From Hyphomicrobiales bacterium (GTDB lineage: Bacteria > Pseudomonadota > Alphaproteobacteria > Rhizobiales > OSC116), in NCBI GenBank assembly GCA_051531935.1, contig JAOPTR010000016.1, positions 354,134 through 418,133 on the forward strand: DNA of 64,000 nt, given 5' to 3'. The notes under the pieces were generated by a model. The model did not search any database. It was given only the letters and a program-made list of their open reading frames with translations, and was not told the origin of the DNA. This document shows positions 55,659-64,000 of the stretch, in pieces (position 1 is the stretch's first letter; every line of letters starts with the position of its first letter). Both the position numbers and the translations under genes were made by a program.

Positions 55659-57109
55659 CAAATTTAAGCCAACAGCGAATGCCTAAGTTAAAACAGGCAA
55701 GAATTGTTAAAATTCCTGCTCCGTTTGGTGGCATAAATGCGCGTGATGGCAATAACATTGAACCCAACCAAGCTAGTTTATTGCTTAATTTCGTGCCAGA
55801 AAAAGGTTATTGCACTGTAAGACAGGGCTATAGTGAATTTTCAGAAATAAGTGTGAACTCAAAAGCGCTTATGAGTGTTGGCAATAGCTTAATCGCAATC
55901 TATGACAACAAAGCTTGTGAAATTGTACCAGGTGGAAACATTGAACTAGCATCAGGTCTTAATGAAGAATATTGGCAATCTGACACTTTCAATAATTATT
56001 TATTCGGCGTATCTGGCAATGATATTCCTTTTAAATTTGATGGCACTACATGGACTGATGCGGGTTTTACATATTCTGGGCTTGATGTTTCAACTCTAAT
56101 TAATGTTGAGCAAGTACGTAACCGCATTTGGTTTACTGAAAAAGGCTCTGCTGATGCTTATTATGGCAGCGTTATGGCGATTACTGGCGCTTTGGGTAAA
56201 TTTCAGTGTTCCCAACTCGTAGGCTCAAAACAGTTGTTGGCGATTGAGCAATATTCACAAGATGCCGGGGATGGATTTGACGATTACACCTGTTTTATTT
56301 TCGATACAGGCGAAATTCTACTTTATTCAGGTGACGTAACAACTTCACTTGCCTTGGTCGGTAAATACCAAACATCAAAACCAATTGGTTATAATTGCAC
56401 AGTCAAATTGGGTGGTGAAATACTCATTATCACCGAATTGGGAATTATACCGCTATCTCAGGCCATGACCGCAATTGATATTGGCGCCATCCCCACATTC
56501 GGCCGCATTGCTCCTTTGATTTCAGAAGAAGCGGAAAGTGGATTATTCGGGTGGAGCGGTTTTGTTCATGGTAACTTCATTTATTTTAAGACACCCAATA
56601 AGCAAATTGTTTTAAACACCCTTTCCAATGCTTGGACGATATTTGATTATCCGATGGCCGCTCATACGGTTTTCGACGAGGCTGTTTACTTTGCGGATAA
56701 CGACTTTTCCATTTGTGTAATTGGGGGGGTGAATGACAAAGAACAGCCTATTACACTTCGTTCTGAGGGCGCATTTATAAACCTGAACGATAGGGACAAT
56801 AATTTCACCCATATATTGCCCGTCTTAACCGCCGAGGGGTTTGTTGCGGGTCGAATAGGCGTTCAGACTGATTATTATAAAAAACCTCTCAGCGAGCCAT
56901 ACAGAGAGCTAATCTCTAGCCTTTCATCAACGGCTTGGGGCAGTGCATGGGGTAGCGCTTGGTCAAACCGGTTGCGAAAACCTCGTGATAAATGGCTTTC
57001 GGCTCGAGGGCGTGGAAATACTGTTTCGACTGTATTTGAAATCGACGTTGTGGGCCAACAAGTGAGTTGGCATGAAACCAGATTGAAATTTAAGCGAGGC
57101 AGCAAATGA
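55655..57109 (+). CDS. Putative tail tube/hub structural protein
   Basis: 484 aa with an ATGA-coupled start and beta-rich composition. Confidence 0.45.
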   Translation: MTNLSQQRMPKLKQARIVKIPAPFGGINARDGNNIEPNQASLLLNFVPEKGYCTVRQGYSEFSEISVNSKALMSVGNSLIAIYDNKACEIVPGGNIELASGLNEEYWQSDTFNNYLFGVSGNDIPFKFDGTTWTDAGFTYSGLDVSTLINVEQVRNRIWFTEKGSADAYYGSVMAITGALGKFQCSQLVGSKQLLAIEQYSQDAGDGFDDYTCFIFDTGEILLYSGDVTTSLALVGKYQTSKPIGYNCTVKLGGEILIITELGIIPLSQAMTAIDIGAIPTFGRIAPLISEEAESGLFGWSGFVHGNFIYFKTPNKQIVLNTLSNAWTIFDYPMAAHTVFDEAVYFADNDFSICVIGGVNDKEQPITLRSEGAFINLNDRDNNFTHILPVLTAEGFVAGRIGVQTDYYKKPLSEPYRELISSLSSTAWGSAWGSAWSNRLRKPRDKWLSARGRGNTVSTVFEIDVVGQQVSWHETRLKFKRGSK

Positions 57110-57570
57110 GCTTAATCACTGTTCACGGCCAAGACGAAATGGTGGCAAATTTTGTCGGTGGTCAGATTAAAAATAGCGTACCGCCAACAACTGGGTTTAC
57201 GGCCATTGGCGTTGCTGAAACAATTGAAGGCACGAATGATGCCGTTTTGATCGCGGGATTTGTTTATGTCGAATATCGTAGACCTATTGATGATTGGCCT
57301 GGCGATATTCAGGCATGGGTGGCAGTTGACGAAGCTCATCGGGGCAAATGGTTAAACCGCACTATTTTACGCAAGGTGTTTAGTTATCCATTTAATCAAC
57401 TTGGCTGCAGCCGCATAAACACAAGCATTGCCAAAAACAATAAAGCCTCAAGAAAATTATGTTTAGCGCTTGGATTTGTCGAAGAAGGCAAGCAACGCCA
57501 AGCATACCCCAATAATGTAGATGGCATTTTATATGGAATGCTTAAATCTGAATGTAAATGGATAGGATAA
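57106..57570 (+). CDS. GNAT-family N-acetyltransferase embedded in the structural operon
   Basis: 154 aa, ATGA-coupled. 'VDEAHRGKWLNRTILRKVFSYPFNQLGCSRINTSIAKNNKASRKLCLALGFVEEG' fits GNAT motifs A/B. Confidence 0.65.
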   Translation: MSLITVHGQDEMVANFVGGQIKNSVPPTTGFTAIGVAETIEGTNDAVLIAGFVYVEYRRPIDDWPGDIQAWVAVDEAHRGKWLNRTILRKVFSYPFNQLGCSRINTSIAKNNKASRKLCLALGFVEEGKQRQAYPNNVDGILYGMLKSECKWIG

Positions 57571-57574
57571 AACC

Positions 57575-58423
57575 ATGGGAAAAACAGCACCGGAAGCGCC
57601 AGACCCAGAAGAAACTGCACAAGCGCAAAGCAAGTGGAATGTTACAACTGCCGAAAAGACAAAAGACATTAACGCGCATGATACATTTGGCCCCAACGGT
57701 TCTGTAACATGGCAACGTGACGAAAATGGCCGACCCATTAGCCAGACCACGAGTTTGAACCCTGAGTCTCAAAAGGCATTTGATGCTAATCAGGTATTGC
57801 GGACAAATTTAGCTACGAAAGCAACCGAGCTTTCAAACCAATTGCCTACTGAAAAATTTACCCTTGATGGGCTGCCCGAGGCGGGTGGTAATGTTTCGGT
57901 TAAAAACACAGACCATATTGCTGATGCACAATATAACCGATTTATGAGCCTTGCAAAGCCGCAATTTGACAAGCAAAACAACGACAATAATGTGATGCTA
58001 TCTGATCGTGGTATTCCCTTGGGTTCTGAGATTTCAGATGGTGAAAGAAACCGTGTTGCCACAGGCCAAAACGAAGCAACGAGCCGCGCCGGTTGGGATG
58101 CTATTTTGAGCGCAGGACAAGAACAGAGCCGTCAGTTTGGGCTTGATATGGGTATAGAGCAACGACAAGACCAAATCAGGGGCAATGCGTTATCTGATAG
58201 GCTTTTAGAGCGTAGTCAGCCATTTAATGAGCTTAGCTCTTATGTGAGTGGGCAGCCATTAATTAACACGCCTCAAGGCAGTAATACGGGTAACGTGAAC
58301 ATTGGCTCACCTGATTATCAGGGGTTAGTGCAGAATAAATATACCGCCGATCTTGAAGCGCACAATAAAGCTCAGCAAGATTTTTGGGGTGGGCTTTTGG
58401 GTGGCGCAAGTCTCTTTTTATAG
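57575..58423 (+). CDS. Putative internal virion/ejection protein
   Basis: 282 aa, Gln/Asn/Ser-rich, lying between tail genes and the lysozyme-fusion protein. Confidence 0.4.
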   Translation: MGKTAPEAPDPEETAQAQSKWNVTTAEKTKDINAHDTFGPNGSVTWQRDENGRPISQTTSLNPESQKAFDANQVLRTNLATKATELSNQLPTEKFTLDGLPEAGGNVSVKNTDHIADAQYNRFMSLAKPQFDKQNNDNNVMLSDRGIPLGSEISDGERNRVATGQNEATSRAGWDAILSAGQEQSRQFGLDMGIEQRQDQIRGNALSDRLLERSQPFNELSSYVSGQPLINTPQGSNTGNVNIGSPDYQGLVQNKYTADLEAHNKAQQDFWGGLLGGASLFL

Positions 58424-58430
58424 GTGAATT

Positions 58431-60248
58431 ATGAGCAATAAGAACAATTTCATAAACCAGTTCATGCCATTTGCACAAGAACAAGGACAGCGCCTAGGTT
58501 TAGACCCACGCTTAATTTTGGCTCAAAGTGCTATCGAAACAGGTTGGGGTAAAAAAGCTCCTGACAACAACTATTTTGGTATTAAATCGCACGGCCAAAA
58601 AGGCGGTCAAACATTTGGAACTCATGAGTTCATCAATGGCAAGCGGGTCAATATATCTGATAGTTTTCGGGGGTATGGCTCTGCAAAAGATAGTTTTGCG
58701 GGTTATGGTGACTTTTTGACCAAAAACAAACGATACCAACGCATGTTAGGCTCAAAAGGGCTTGATGCTCAATTGTCCGCCCTTGGCGCTTCTGGTTATG
58801 CCACCGACCCCAATTATGCAGCTAAAGTTGGCTCCATTGCGCGAAACATGCCGCAAGTCGCAGGATTTTCTCCATCACAATCACATGAAACCAACACCGT
58901 GCCGCCGGCAATGCAGGAAGGACAGAATATGCAACAAACAATGTCACAGCCACAACGAAACCCGATGCAGGGGATTATTGATGCGCTCCAAGGCAACAAA
59001 AGCGGTGAAGCCCTGCCCGACCCGAATTATACGAGCAAACTTGCCGACCAACTCATGAACGGTGCGACAGCCACACCGGTTGCAGGAAATTTTGATGGTA
59101 TTGGCCGCTTAGCCATGATGTTAAGTGGTGGCATGAAGCGTGGGCAGTATGAGGATGATTTGAAGCGACAAAAGATTGAAAAATCCGCCCTTGCCGATGC
59201 CGTAATGGGCAAGAAGCAAGCATATGTAAATGCCAATGGTGGAGAACATGCTCAAGGATTAGCAAATGGTGGTTTTATTGATGAGGCTTTTGCCTACACG
59301 AACGCCAACAATACACCCAAAATGCTACAACAACGCGAGCAAACACAATATGACCGTGGCCGTGATGGTATTCAAGATGGTAGAAATGATGCCGCTGACG
59401 CGTTGGCGCAAGACAAATTCACCGAAACGCAAAGCCAAAATGTAATTGGGAATGAGCGGAACACCAACATAGATGCACTTAGTCGGGAGAAGTTTACGCA
59501 CAAGCAACAGCAAGACGCTATTCCAGAACCGCGCACAACTTCAAAAGCCGGCGATGGATATTTGTATTATGATGATGATAAAACTCGAGCATTCCCAGAT
59601 GTTGTGAAGCCGCCTTCTAAATCACTCGTGACTGTAAATAATGCAAGTGAAAGTGCTTTTAACAAGGAAAGTGGTAAAAATTATGCTCAGGAAGATGCTG
59701 ATTACAGGTCTTTTGCTAAAAAAGCTCGTGGGTTGAATGCCAAGTTAAATACACTTGAGGAAACCTTGTCTAATCCAAATTTCATCACAGGAGTTAGCCA
59801 AGGTGCAGGCGGGCAAGCGCTAAATCAACTTAAGGCTTTGGCCTCAACAATTGTTCCAGGGGTAAAATTTGATGGCGTTGCAGACGCCGATGTAGCAAGA
59901 ACCATTTCACGCGAACTAGCCTTATCGTTTAAAGACCAGATGCCCGGCCCCATGTCTGACGCTGACCGAAATTTCTTAAACAGCATGGCAGCGGGTGAGG
60001 TAAATACACCAGAAGCCAACGCCAAGCTTATTGAAATGTACAGAGCTAGAAACAAAATATCTATAGATATGGATAGATTAGCGGGTTCATATGTTCGTGA
60101 ACACGGCCAATTAGACCGTGGTTTTGATGAGGTTTCGAATAAGTATTACACTGACAATGGCATTAGCTTATATGGCGACATGCCGAATACTGGCGATACT
60201 CGAAAAAACCTACAGTTGGTTGATGGAATTGAAATTTGGGAAGATTAA
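58431..60248 (+). CDS. Internal virion protein with N-terminal glucosaminidase/FlgJ-like peptidoglycan hydrolase domain
   Basis: 'LILAQSAIETGWGKKAPDNNYFGIKSH...GYATDPNYAAKV' is the mannosyl-glycoprotein endo-beta-N-acetylglucosaminidase-type motif. It is followed by about 450 aa of low-complexity/helical sequence. Confidence 0.7.
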   Translation: MSNKNNFINQFMPFAQEQGQRLGLDPRLILAQSAIETGWGKKAPDNNYFGIKSHGQKGGQTFGTHEFINGKRVNISDSFRGYGSAKDSFAGYGDFLTKNKRYQRMLGSKGLDAQLSALGASGYATDPNYAAKVGSIARNMPQVAGFSPSQSHETNTVPPAMQEGQNMQQTMSQPQRNPMQGIIDALQGNKSGEALPDPNYTSKLADQLMNGATATPVAGNFDGIGRLAMMLSGGMKRGQYEDDLKRQKIEKSALADAVMGKKQAYVNANGGEHAQGLANGGFIDEAFAYTNANNTPKMLQQREQTQYDRGRDGIQDGRNDAADALAQDKFTETQSQNVIGNERNTNIDALSREKFTHKQQQDAIPEPRTTSKAGDGYLYYDDDKTRAFPDVVKPPSKSLVTVNNASESAFNKESGKNYAQEDADYRSFAKKARGLNAKLNTLEETLSNPNFITGVSQGAGGQALNQLKALASTIVPGVKFDGVADADVARTISRELALSFKDQMPGPMSDADRNFLNSMAAGEVNTPEANAKLIEMYRARNKISIDMDRLAGSYVREHGQLDRGFDEVSNKYYTDNGISLYGDMPNTGDTRKNLQLVDGIEIWED

Positions 60249-60412
60249 TCAGCGAAAGGTGCGACTATATAGGTGAGAATACCTAGGATGAAACTAGGAA
60301 AAAAGGCTATTATTAAGAACCCAGATTGGAAATCTTCACCTGGCCCAATTATCCAACTGGCCGCCCAAAGGAGCGCGAGTAACCATAGTGCTTTGAAGGT
60401 TCTGTTTAGCAT
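60245..60412 (-). CDS. Possible small 2-TM membrane protein (antisense moron; may be spurious)
   Basis: 55 aa 'MLNRTFKALWLLALLWAASWIIG...FLIIAFFPSFILGILTYIV'. No clear SD, and it lies downstream of a minus-strand terminator. Confidence 0.3.
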   Translation of the reverse strand: MLNRTFKALWLLALLWAASWIIGPGEDFQSGFLIIAFFPSFILGILTYIVAPFAD

Positions 60413-60460
60413 GGAGTATATATAAGGGGTATTGGTGAGGAATTCAACCTTAGAATAACA

Positions 60461-60481
60461 AAGCCCCGCAGAAGCGGGGCT
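60461..60481 (-). terminator. Minus-strand intrinsic terminator downstream of the PemK-like gene
   Basis: Perfect GC-rich 7-bp stem GCCCCGC-TTCT-GCGGGGC on the minus strand, followed by TTTGTTATTCT. Confidence 0.65.
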
Positions 60482-60652
60482 CGAACAGTAATGTTTATTC
60501 AAGACTATCGGTCAACTTGTTATCGTTAGTTTGATAATCTGCCTAGTAATCTAGGTCTTAAGCCAGACGAACTGGATACAAGGCTAATATAGGTATTACA
60601 TCATTTATTTGCAACTTATTTTAAATTCTAATTGTAATTTATTACCGCTCGG

Positions 60653-61042
60653 TTAATCAATAAGCCCTAAACCATAACGCATAGCAAGCATCACCCCATC
60701 CAAATCTTCTGTTGATAGTTGTGGCGTTACGTATCGCCTTCGTCCAACTTTAATTGCGTCCAACCGCTTCATGCTAACCGTTGTAACCATATCAGCCTTT
60801 GCCCAGCACGTAAGCTCATCGTCTTCCTCTGGATGGTAATTAATAGTGAGTCTATAAACATAATCAACATCATGTAGTGGAGCCGTTGTACTGAGAGGTA
60901 CAATTGTCGCAAGCCCGTTGCGGTGAGGCAATCTCGGGGCAACAATTACCACGGGTCTTTTTTTAACCATTTCGGGTTCGGAGAATCCTTTAAAGTCACA
61001 ATTATAAATTTGACCTTTTCGTGGTGGGTATCGCAACGCCAT
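60653..61042 (-). CDS. PemK/MazF-superfamily toxin-like protein (YifN-type), no visible antitoxin
   Basis: 129 aa. 'RKGQIYNCDFKGFSEPEMVKKRPVVIVAP....GLATIVPLST' matches the PemK/MazF N-terminal SH3-like barrel signature. On the opposite strand to the structural genes. Confidence 0.7.
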   Translation of the reverse strand: MALRYPPRKGQIYNCDFKGFSEPEMVKKRPVVIVAPRLPHRNGLATIVPLSTTAPLHDVDYVYRLTINYHPEEDDELTCWAKADMVTTVSMKRLDAIKVGRRRYVTPQLSTEDLDGVMLAMRYGLGLID

Positions 61043-61311
61043 AAACTTCTAACCAAGTTGTTAAGTAAGGCCGCAACGTTACCAAGCAACTCTATGAACA
61101 CGCAAGTAAAAACTCCGCCGAGGCGCACAAAATATTTTTTTTGGAATTATCAACATGCACGAGCCGCGTGTTTTTATAGATTGTCAAAAAAAATCACTTG
61201 TATAAAAACAATAACTTGACCTTCTACCAAAAGATGCCTTCGAGTTAAAAGTAAACAAATGCAGAACACAAGCCGCCTCACAGCGACTTTTTTAATGAAC
61301 ATCACACACTC

Positions 61312-61335
61312 AAGGAGGCTTCGGCCTCCTTTTTT
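61312..61335 (+). terminator. Strong + strand intrinsic terminator upstream of the 523-aa gene
   Basis: AAGGAGGC-TTCG-GCCTCCTT hairpin (UUCG tetraloop) followed by a T-run. Lies 13 nt before the GGAG SD of the gene at 61349. Confidence 0.7.
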
Positions 61336-61348
61336 AATGGAGAAATGA

Positions 61349-62920
61349 ATGCCGATATTTAATTTAAAAGACGCAAACGGCAAAATTTTTAAGCTTGAAG
61401 CGCCAGATCAACAATCTGCTATAGCTGCATTCAAGAAATTCACGACACAACAAGCCAATAACCAACCCTCAATCGAAGGCCATGTCCAACAAGGCATGAG
61501 CGGCTTAAACGAGGGGATTGCAGCTTTACCTAATATGCTAATGGATGGCTCAAACTGGATTGCCGAAAAAACAGGTCTATATGATTTGTTAGGTGATGGC
61601 ACACGACCAGAGCCGATGAGCCAAAAAGTCAACCGTAGTATGCAGGATATTGGATTTACGAAGCCTCCATCACAACACGCAAGCGAGCAATTTGTTCGAC
61701 GTATTGGGCAAGAAGTTGGTGGCTCAGTTATCCCTGGCGCCGGCATGATTGGTGCGGGTGCAAAAGTCGGTGGTAAAGCCTTAAATACTGGCGGCAATGC
61801 TTTGTCTCGTGGCTTGACCGATATGTCGAAATCTTCCTTTGATGATCTTGGGAAGTTCATAGGTACTGAGACAGCAACTTCTGTCGGCTCAGGTGTTGGT
61901 GCAGCTACTGCTCAACAAGTTGCGCCTGACAGTCAATTAGCTGAATTTGTGGGACAAGTCTTGGGCGGTGGTTCGGTGGTGGGAGCGCAAACCGCGATAA
62001 CAAAAAAACAGGCTACGCGGCAATACCGAAAAGACGCACCAAGCACGGACGATTTAAAGGATATGACCAGTGAGGCTTATAACAAAATTGATGACCTTGA
62101 TGTGGTGTATAATAAACAGTCAACACAGCGATTAGCAGATGATATGGACGCAGCATTACAAGAGGAATTAATTGACAAGGACATAACGCCCAAAGCAACC
62201 AAAGTTAATGAGAAAATTAAGGACATTGGAGGCAGTGAGCGCAAATTCATGGAACTTGAAAATATCCGAAAATTAGCAAGACGAGCCGTTGCCAATAGTG
62301 CGGATGGTGGTGAGCAACATTTGGGTAAAGTAATATTAGAGATATTGGACGACTTTCAAGCTACAGCAACTGCTAAAGACGTTTCAAAAGGTAACGCTGA
62401 AGTAGCATCATCAACAATTAATGATGCTCGAAAATTAAACACCCGATACAATAAAGCCAAAAACTACGACCGCATGATGGAAAAGGCGGAAAATGCTAAA
62501 AGCGGGTTCGACACAGGCATGGATAGCCAAGTTCGAAGCATGTTGAATAGTGATAAACGTAGCCGCTTCAACAGCCCCGAAGAAACTAAGCAATACAAAA
62601 AAATCTTAGACGGAACGGTTGGGCAAAAAATATTGAAAAACATTGGGGCATTTGCTCCAAACGCCGGCGTTTTTCGAGGCATTGCTCATGGTGCTATGTT
62701 TGCTTCTAACCCCGTTCTTGGAGTTCCACTTGCGCTCGGAACATCAGGAGCAAGAGCGGGAGCGTCGAAGCTCGCAACTAATAAAGTACAATTGCTCGGA
62801 GACATGTTGAGATCAGGCAAACCTTTGCCAAAATCAAAGTTTACCAACTCACAAATAGCAGCTTTAATTGCACATTTAACCAGCAATACAGCCCAACCCC
62901 AAAATCATGAACGAAACTAA
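61349..62920 (+). CDS. Putative internal virion/ejection protein (Gly/Ala-rich)
   Basis: 523 aa with several Gly/Ala/Val-rich hydrophobic stretches ('GGSVIPGAGMIGAGAKVGG', 'GSGVGAATAQQ'). Position is typical of podovirus ejection proteins. Confidence 0.45.
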   Translation: MPIFNLKDANGKIFKLEAPDQQSAIAAFKKFTTQQANNQPSIEGHVQQGMSGLNEGIAALPNMLMDGSNWIAEKTGLYDLLGDGTRPEPMSQKVNRSMQDIGFTKPPSQHASEQFVRRIGQEVGGSVIPGAGMIGAGAKVGGKALNTGGNALSRGLTDMSKSSFDDLGKFIGTETATSVGSGVGAATAQQVAPDSQLAEFVGQVLGGGSVVGAQTAITKKQATRQYRKDAPSTDDLKDMTSEAYNKIDDLDVVYNKQSTQRLADDMDAALQEELIDKDITPKATKVNEKIKDIGGSERKFMELENIRKLARRAVANSADGGEQHLGKVILEILDDFQATATAKDVSKGNAEVASSTINDARKLNTRYNKAKNYDRMMEKAENAKSGFDTGMDSQVRSMLNSDKRSRFNSPEETKQYKKILDGTVGQKILKNIGAFAPNAGVFRGIAHGAMFASNPVLGVPLALGTSGARAGASKLATNKVQLLGDMLRSGKPLPKSKFTNSQIAALIAHLTSNTAQPQNHERN

Positions 62921-62941
62921 TGACACGATAATGATATGTGC

Positions 62942-63400
62942 TTACAACAACGCCGTCTTGCTATTTTTCATGAGGTCTTCGAATTTTAATAGGTTTTCAT
63001 CATCTACTTCTGAATGAAGGTCTACACGGCAAATCAGACCCTTTTTTACAAATATTTGTATAAACCCTTTCAACTTAACTCCGCTATTTGGAGGGGGCAA
63101 TAATGATAGAAAATCAAAATGAAAGTGGGTATCGTCACCACTTTTTATTTCTCCCAATTCGGTAGTTGTTGAGGAGTTGAAAAAGTGCATTCGAATTACG
63201 AACTGATCAAAATTAACATCCTCGCCATTGGCCTCGCTGTAAACAAAGTTTGTCGAAATTAGATTGACCAATTCGCCGCCACTATTGTTTAGAAAACCAT
63301 TTACAAAATATTGAACTAACTTTGAATTATCTGACATAGACCCTGTCTCATATTTTTTACCGTTGTTTCGCACATTACCAGTTTCGCGATTGTTAATCAA
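62942..63400 (-). CDS. Antisense-oriented hypothetical protein (moron; possibly NTF2/SnoaL-like fold)
   Basis: ORF with a TTG at 63400, or more probably the ATG at 63337 (131 aa, 'MSDNSKLVQYFVNGF...'). Lies between the ejection and tail-fibre genes. Fold guess is weak. Confidence 0.45.
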   Translation of the reverse strand: MINNRETGNVRNNGKKYETGSMSDNSKLVQYFVNGFLNNSGGELVNLISTNFVYSEANGEDVNFDQFVIRMHFFNSSTTTELGEIKSGDDTHFHFDFLSLLPPPNSGVKLKGFIQIFVKKGLICRVDLHSEVDDENLLKFEDLMKNSKTALL

Positions 63401-63445
63401 AACACAACCTTAATGATTATCCACAAAAACTAGAAGGAGAACGAA

Positions 63446-64000
63446 ATGCCAGATACAGGCGTAGCGCCAAATAAGATGTTTGTACCCAGTGACGGAGTGC
63501 GAACAGGTAACAATTTACACCAACAGCAACAAGGAGCGGCAACAGGGGTAGACCCTGTTTTATTTGACGCTCTGATGAACGAGTTCGCCACTGTAATCAA
63601 CAATTGTCTGCGCCGAAACGGTGACAACAAGGCCATTGCCGACATAATGATGAACGGCTTTAAGTTCATTGAGCTTTCGAATGGCATTGATAGCGGTGAC
63701 AGCGTTAATGTTGGGCAAGTGATATTGCGTGATGGCAGTAACGATGCGTCCGCTGATTTACCCATGGGAGGACATAAACACACAGGTCTTGGGGATGGGG
63801 TTGGTGATGAGGACGGCTCAAATATGAGACAACTTAGAGCCGTCGAAACAAAAATAGATGATAAGCTCGATGATGCCGAAATCGTGACGGATATTGGATA
63901 TTCAGCCGAAGTAACTGCTAACGTTTTGGATTTACCTGGTGTTTTTAGGTCGTATGGCGGTGACTCTGGTGGGTGGTATTTATCTTCAATAAAATTTGAT
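63446..64000 (+). CDS. Tail fibre protein, N-terminal part (truncated by window end)
   Basis: Not in the ORF track because it has no stop codon. ATG lies 6 nt after AGGAG, followed by 185 open codons to the window edge. 'NGDNKAIADIMMNGFKFIELSNGIDSGDSVNVGQV...DLPMGGHKHTGLGDG' is typical of tail-fibre N-termini. Confidence 0.7.
   Translation, partial: MPDTGVAPNKMFVPSDGVRTGNNLHQQQQGAATGVDPVLFDALMNEFATVINNCLRRNGDNKAIADIMMNGFKFIELSNGIDSGDSVNVGQVILRDGSNDASADLPMGGHKHTGLGDGVGDEDGSNMRQLRAVETKIDDKLDDAEIVTDIGYSAEVTANVLDLPGVFRSYGGDSGGWYLSSIKFD

Larger units (their letters stand above)
29931..64000. mobile_element. Prophage (lambdoid regulation, podovirus-like morphogenesis) integrated at tRNA-Arg; right end beyond window
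   Basis: An uninterrupted series of phage modules starts directly after the tRNA: integrase, recombination, immunity, replication, packaging, head, tail. The window ends inside a tail-fibre gene. Confidence 0.92.

Noticed and set aside
63430-63783. 117-aa minus-strand track ORF near the window end.
   Set aside because: It is antisense to a much better + strand ORF (strong AGGAG SD, 185 open codons, tail-fibre-like sequence). The track omitted that ORF only because it has no stop codon within the window.

Overview
The window has two parts.

(1) Positions 1-29,930 are ordinary chromosome, apparently from a moderately AT-rich alphaproteobacterium. Supporting markers are an NDUFS4-like 'ETC complex I subunit', a PleC/DivJ-style PAS histidine kinase, and DM13 and PilZ proteins. 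This part contains:
- a contiguous glycolate-to-pyruvate gene set (glcDEF, maeB, a LysR regulator, glcG, glcB);
- an IlvD/Edd-family dehydratase, a PatB/MalY-type C-S lyase, pepN, metY, cspA and yaaA;
- tRNA-Pro(TGG) and tRNA-Arg(TCT).

(2) Positions 29,931-64,000 are a prophage of at least 34 kb, integrated immediately 3' of tRNA-Arg(TCT). It runs off the right edge, so attR is not visible. Its layout is lambdoid:
- integrase, Xis-like protein, Ref-like HNH protein, C5-methyltransferase, RecT and a leftward early operon;
- an immunity region with an S24 cI-type repressor, a Cro-like gene and reiterated TACCA-N3-TGGTA operators at both OL- and OR-like positions;
- a replication module: RuvC-like resolvase, N6-methyltransferase, DnaB, and an HTH initiator with an internal ori-like repeat block;
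- a podovirus-like morphogenesis operon: TerS, TerL, portal, scaffold, capsid, adaptor/tail proteins, ejection proteins (one fused to a peptidoglycan hydrolase), and the start of a tail fibre.

The most interesting signal is a three-gene operon fused to the 3' side of the repressor gene, in the position of lambda rexAB. It encodes a GHKL/SpoIIAB-like ATPase, a STAS-like DUF4325 protein and a membrane-anchored protein. I cannot match it to any named defence system.

Other accessory cargo:
- a solitary PemK/MazF-fold toxin inserted antisense into the ejection-gene cluster;
- an AT-rich DUF2971 gene;
- a DUF2829 (Tad2-like) fusion protein;
- a GNAT acetyltransferase inside the structural operon;
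- several antisense membrane or small-protein morons.

No CRISPR array, rRNA gene or IS element was seen. All calls come from reading the sequence and the ORF track; no database searches were run.
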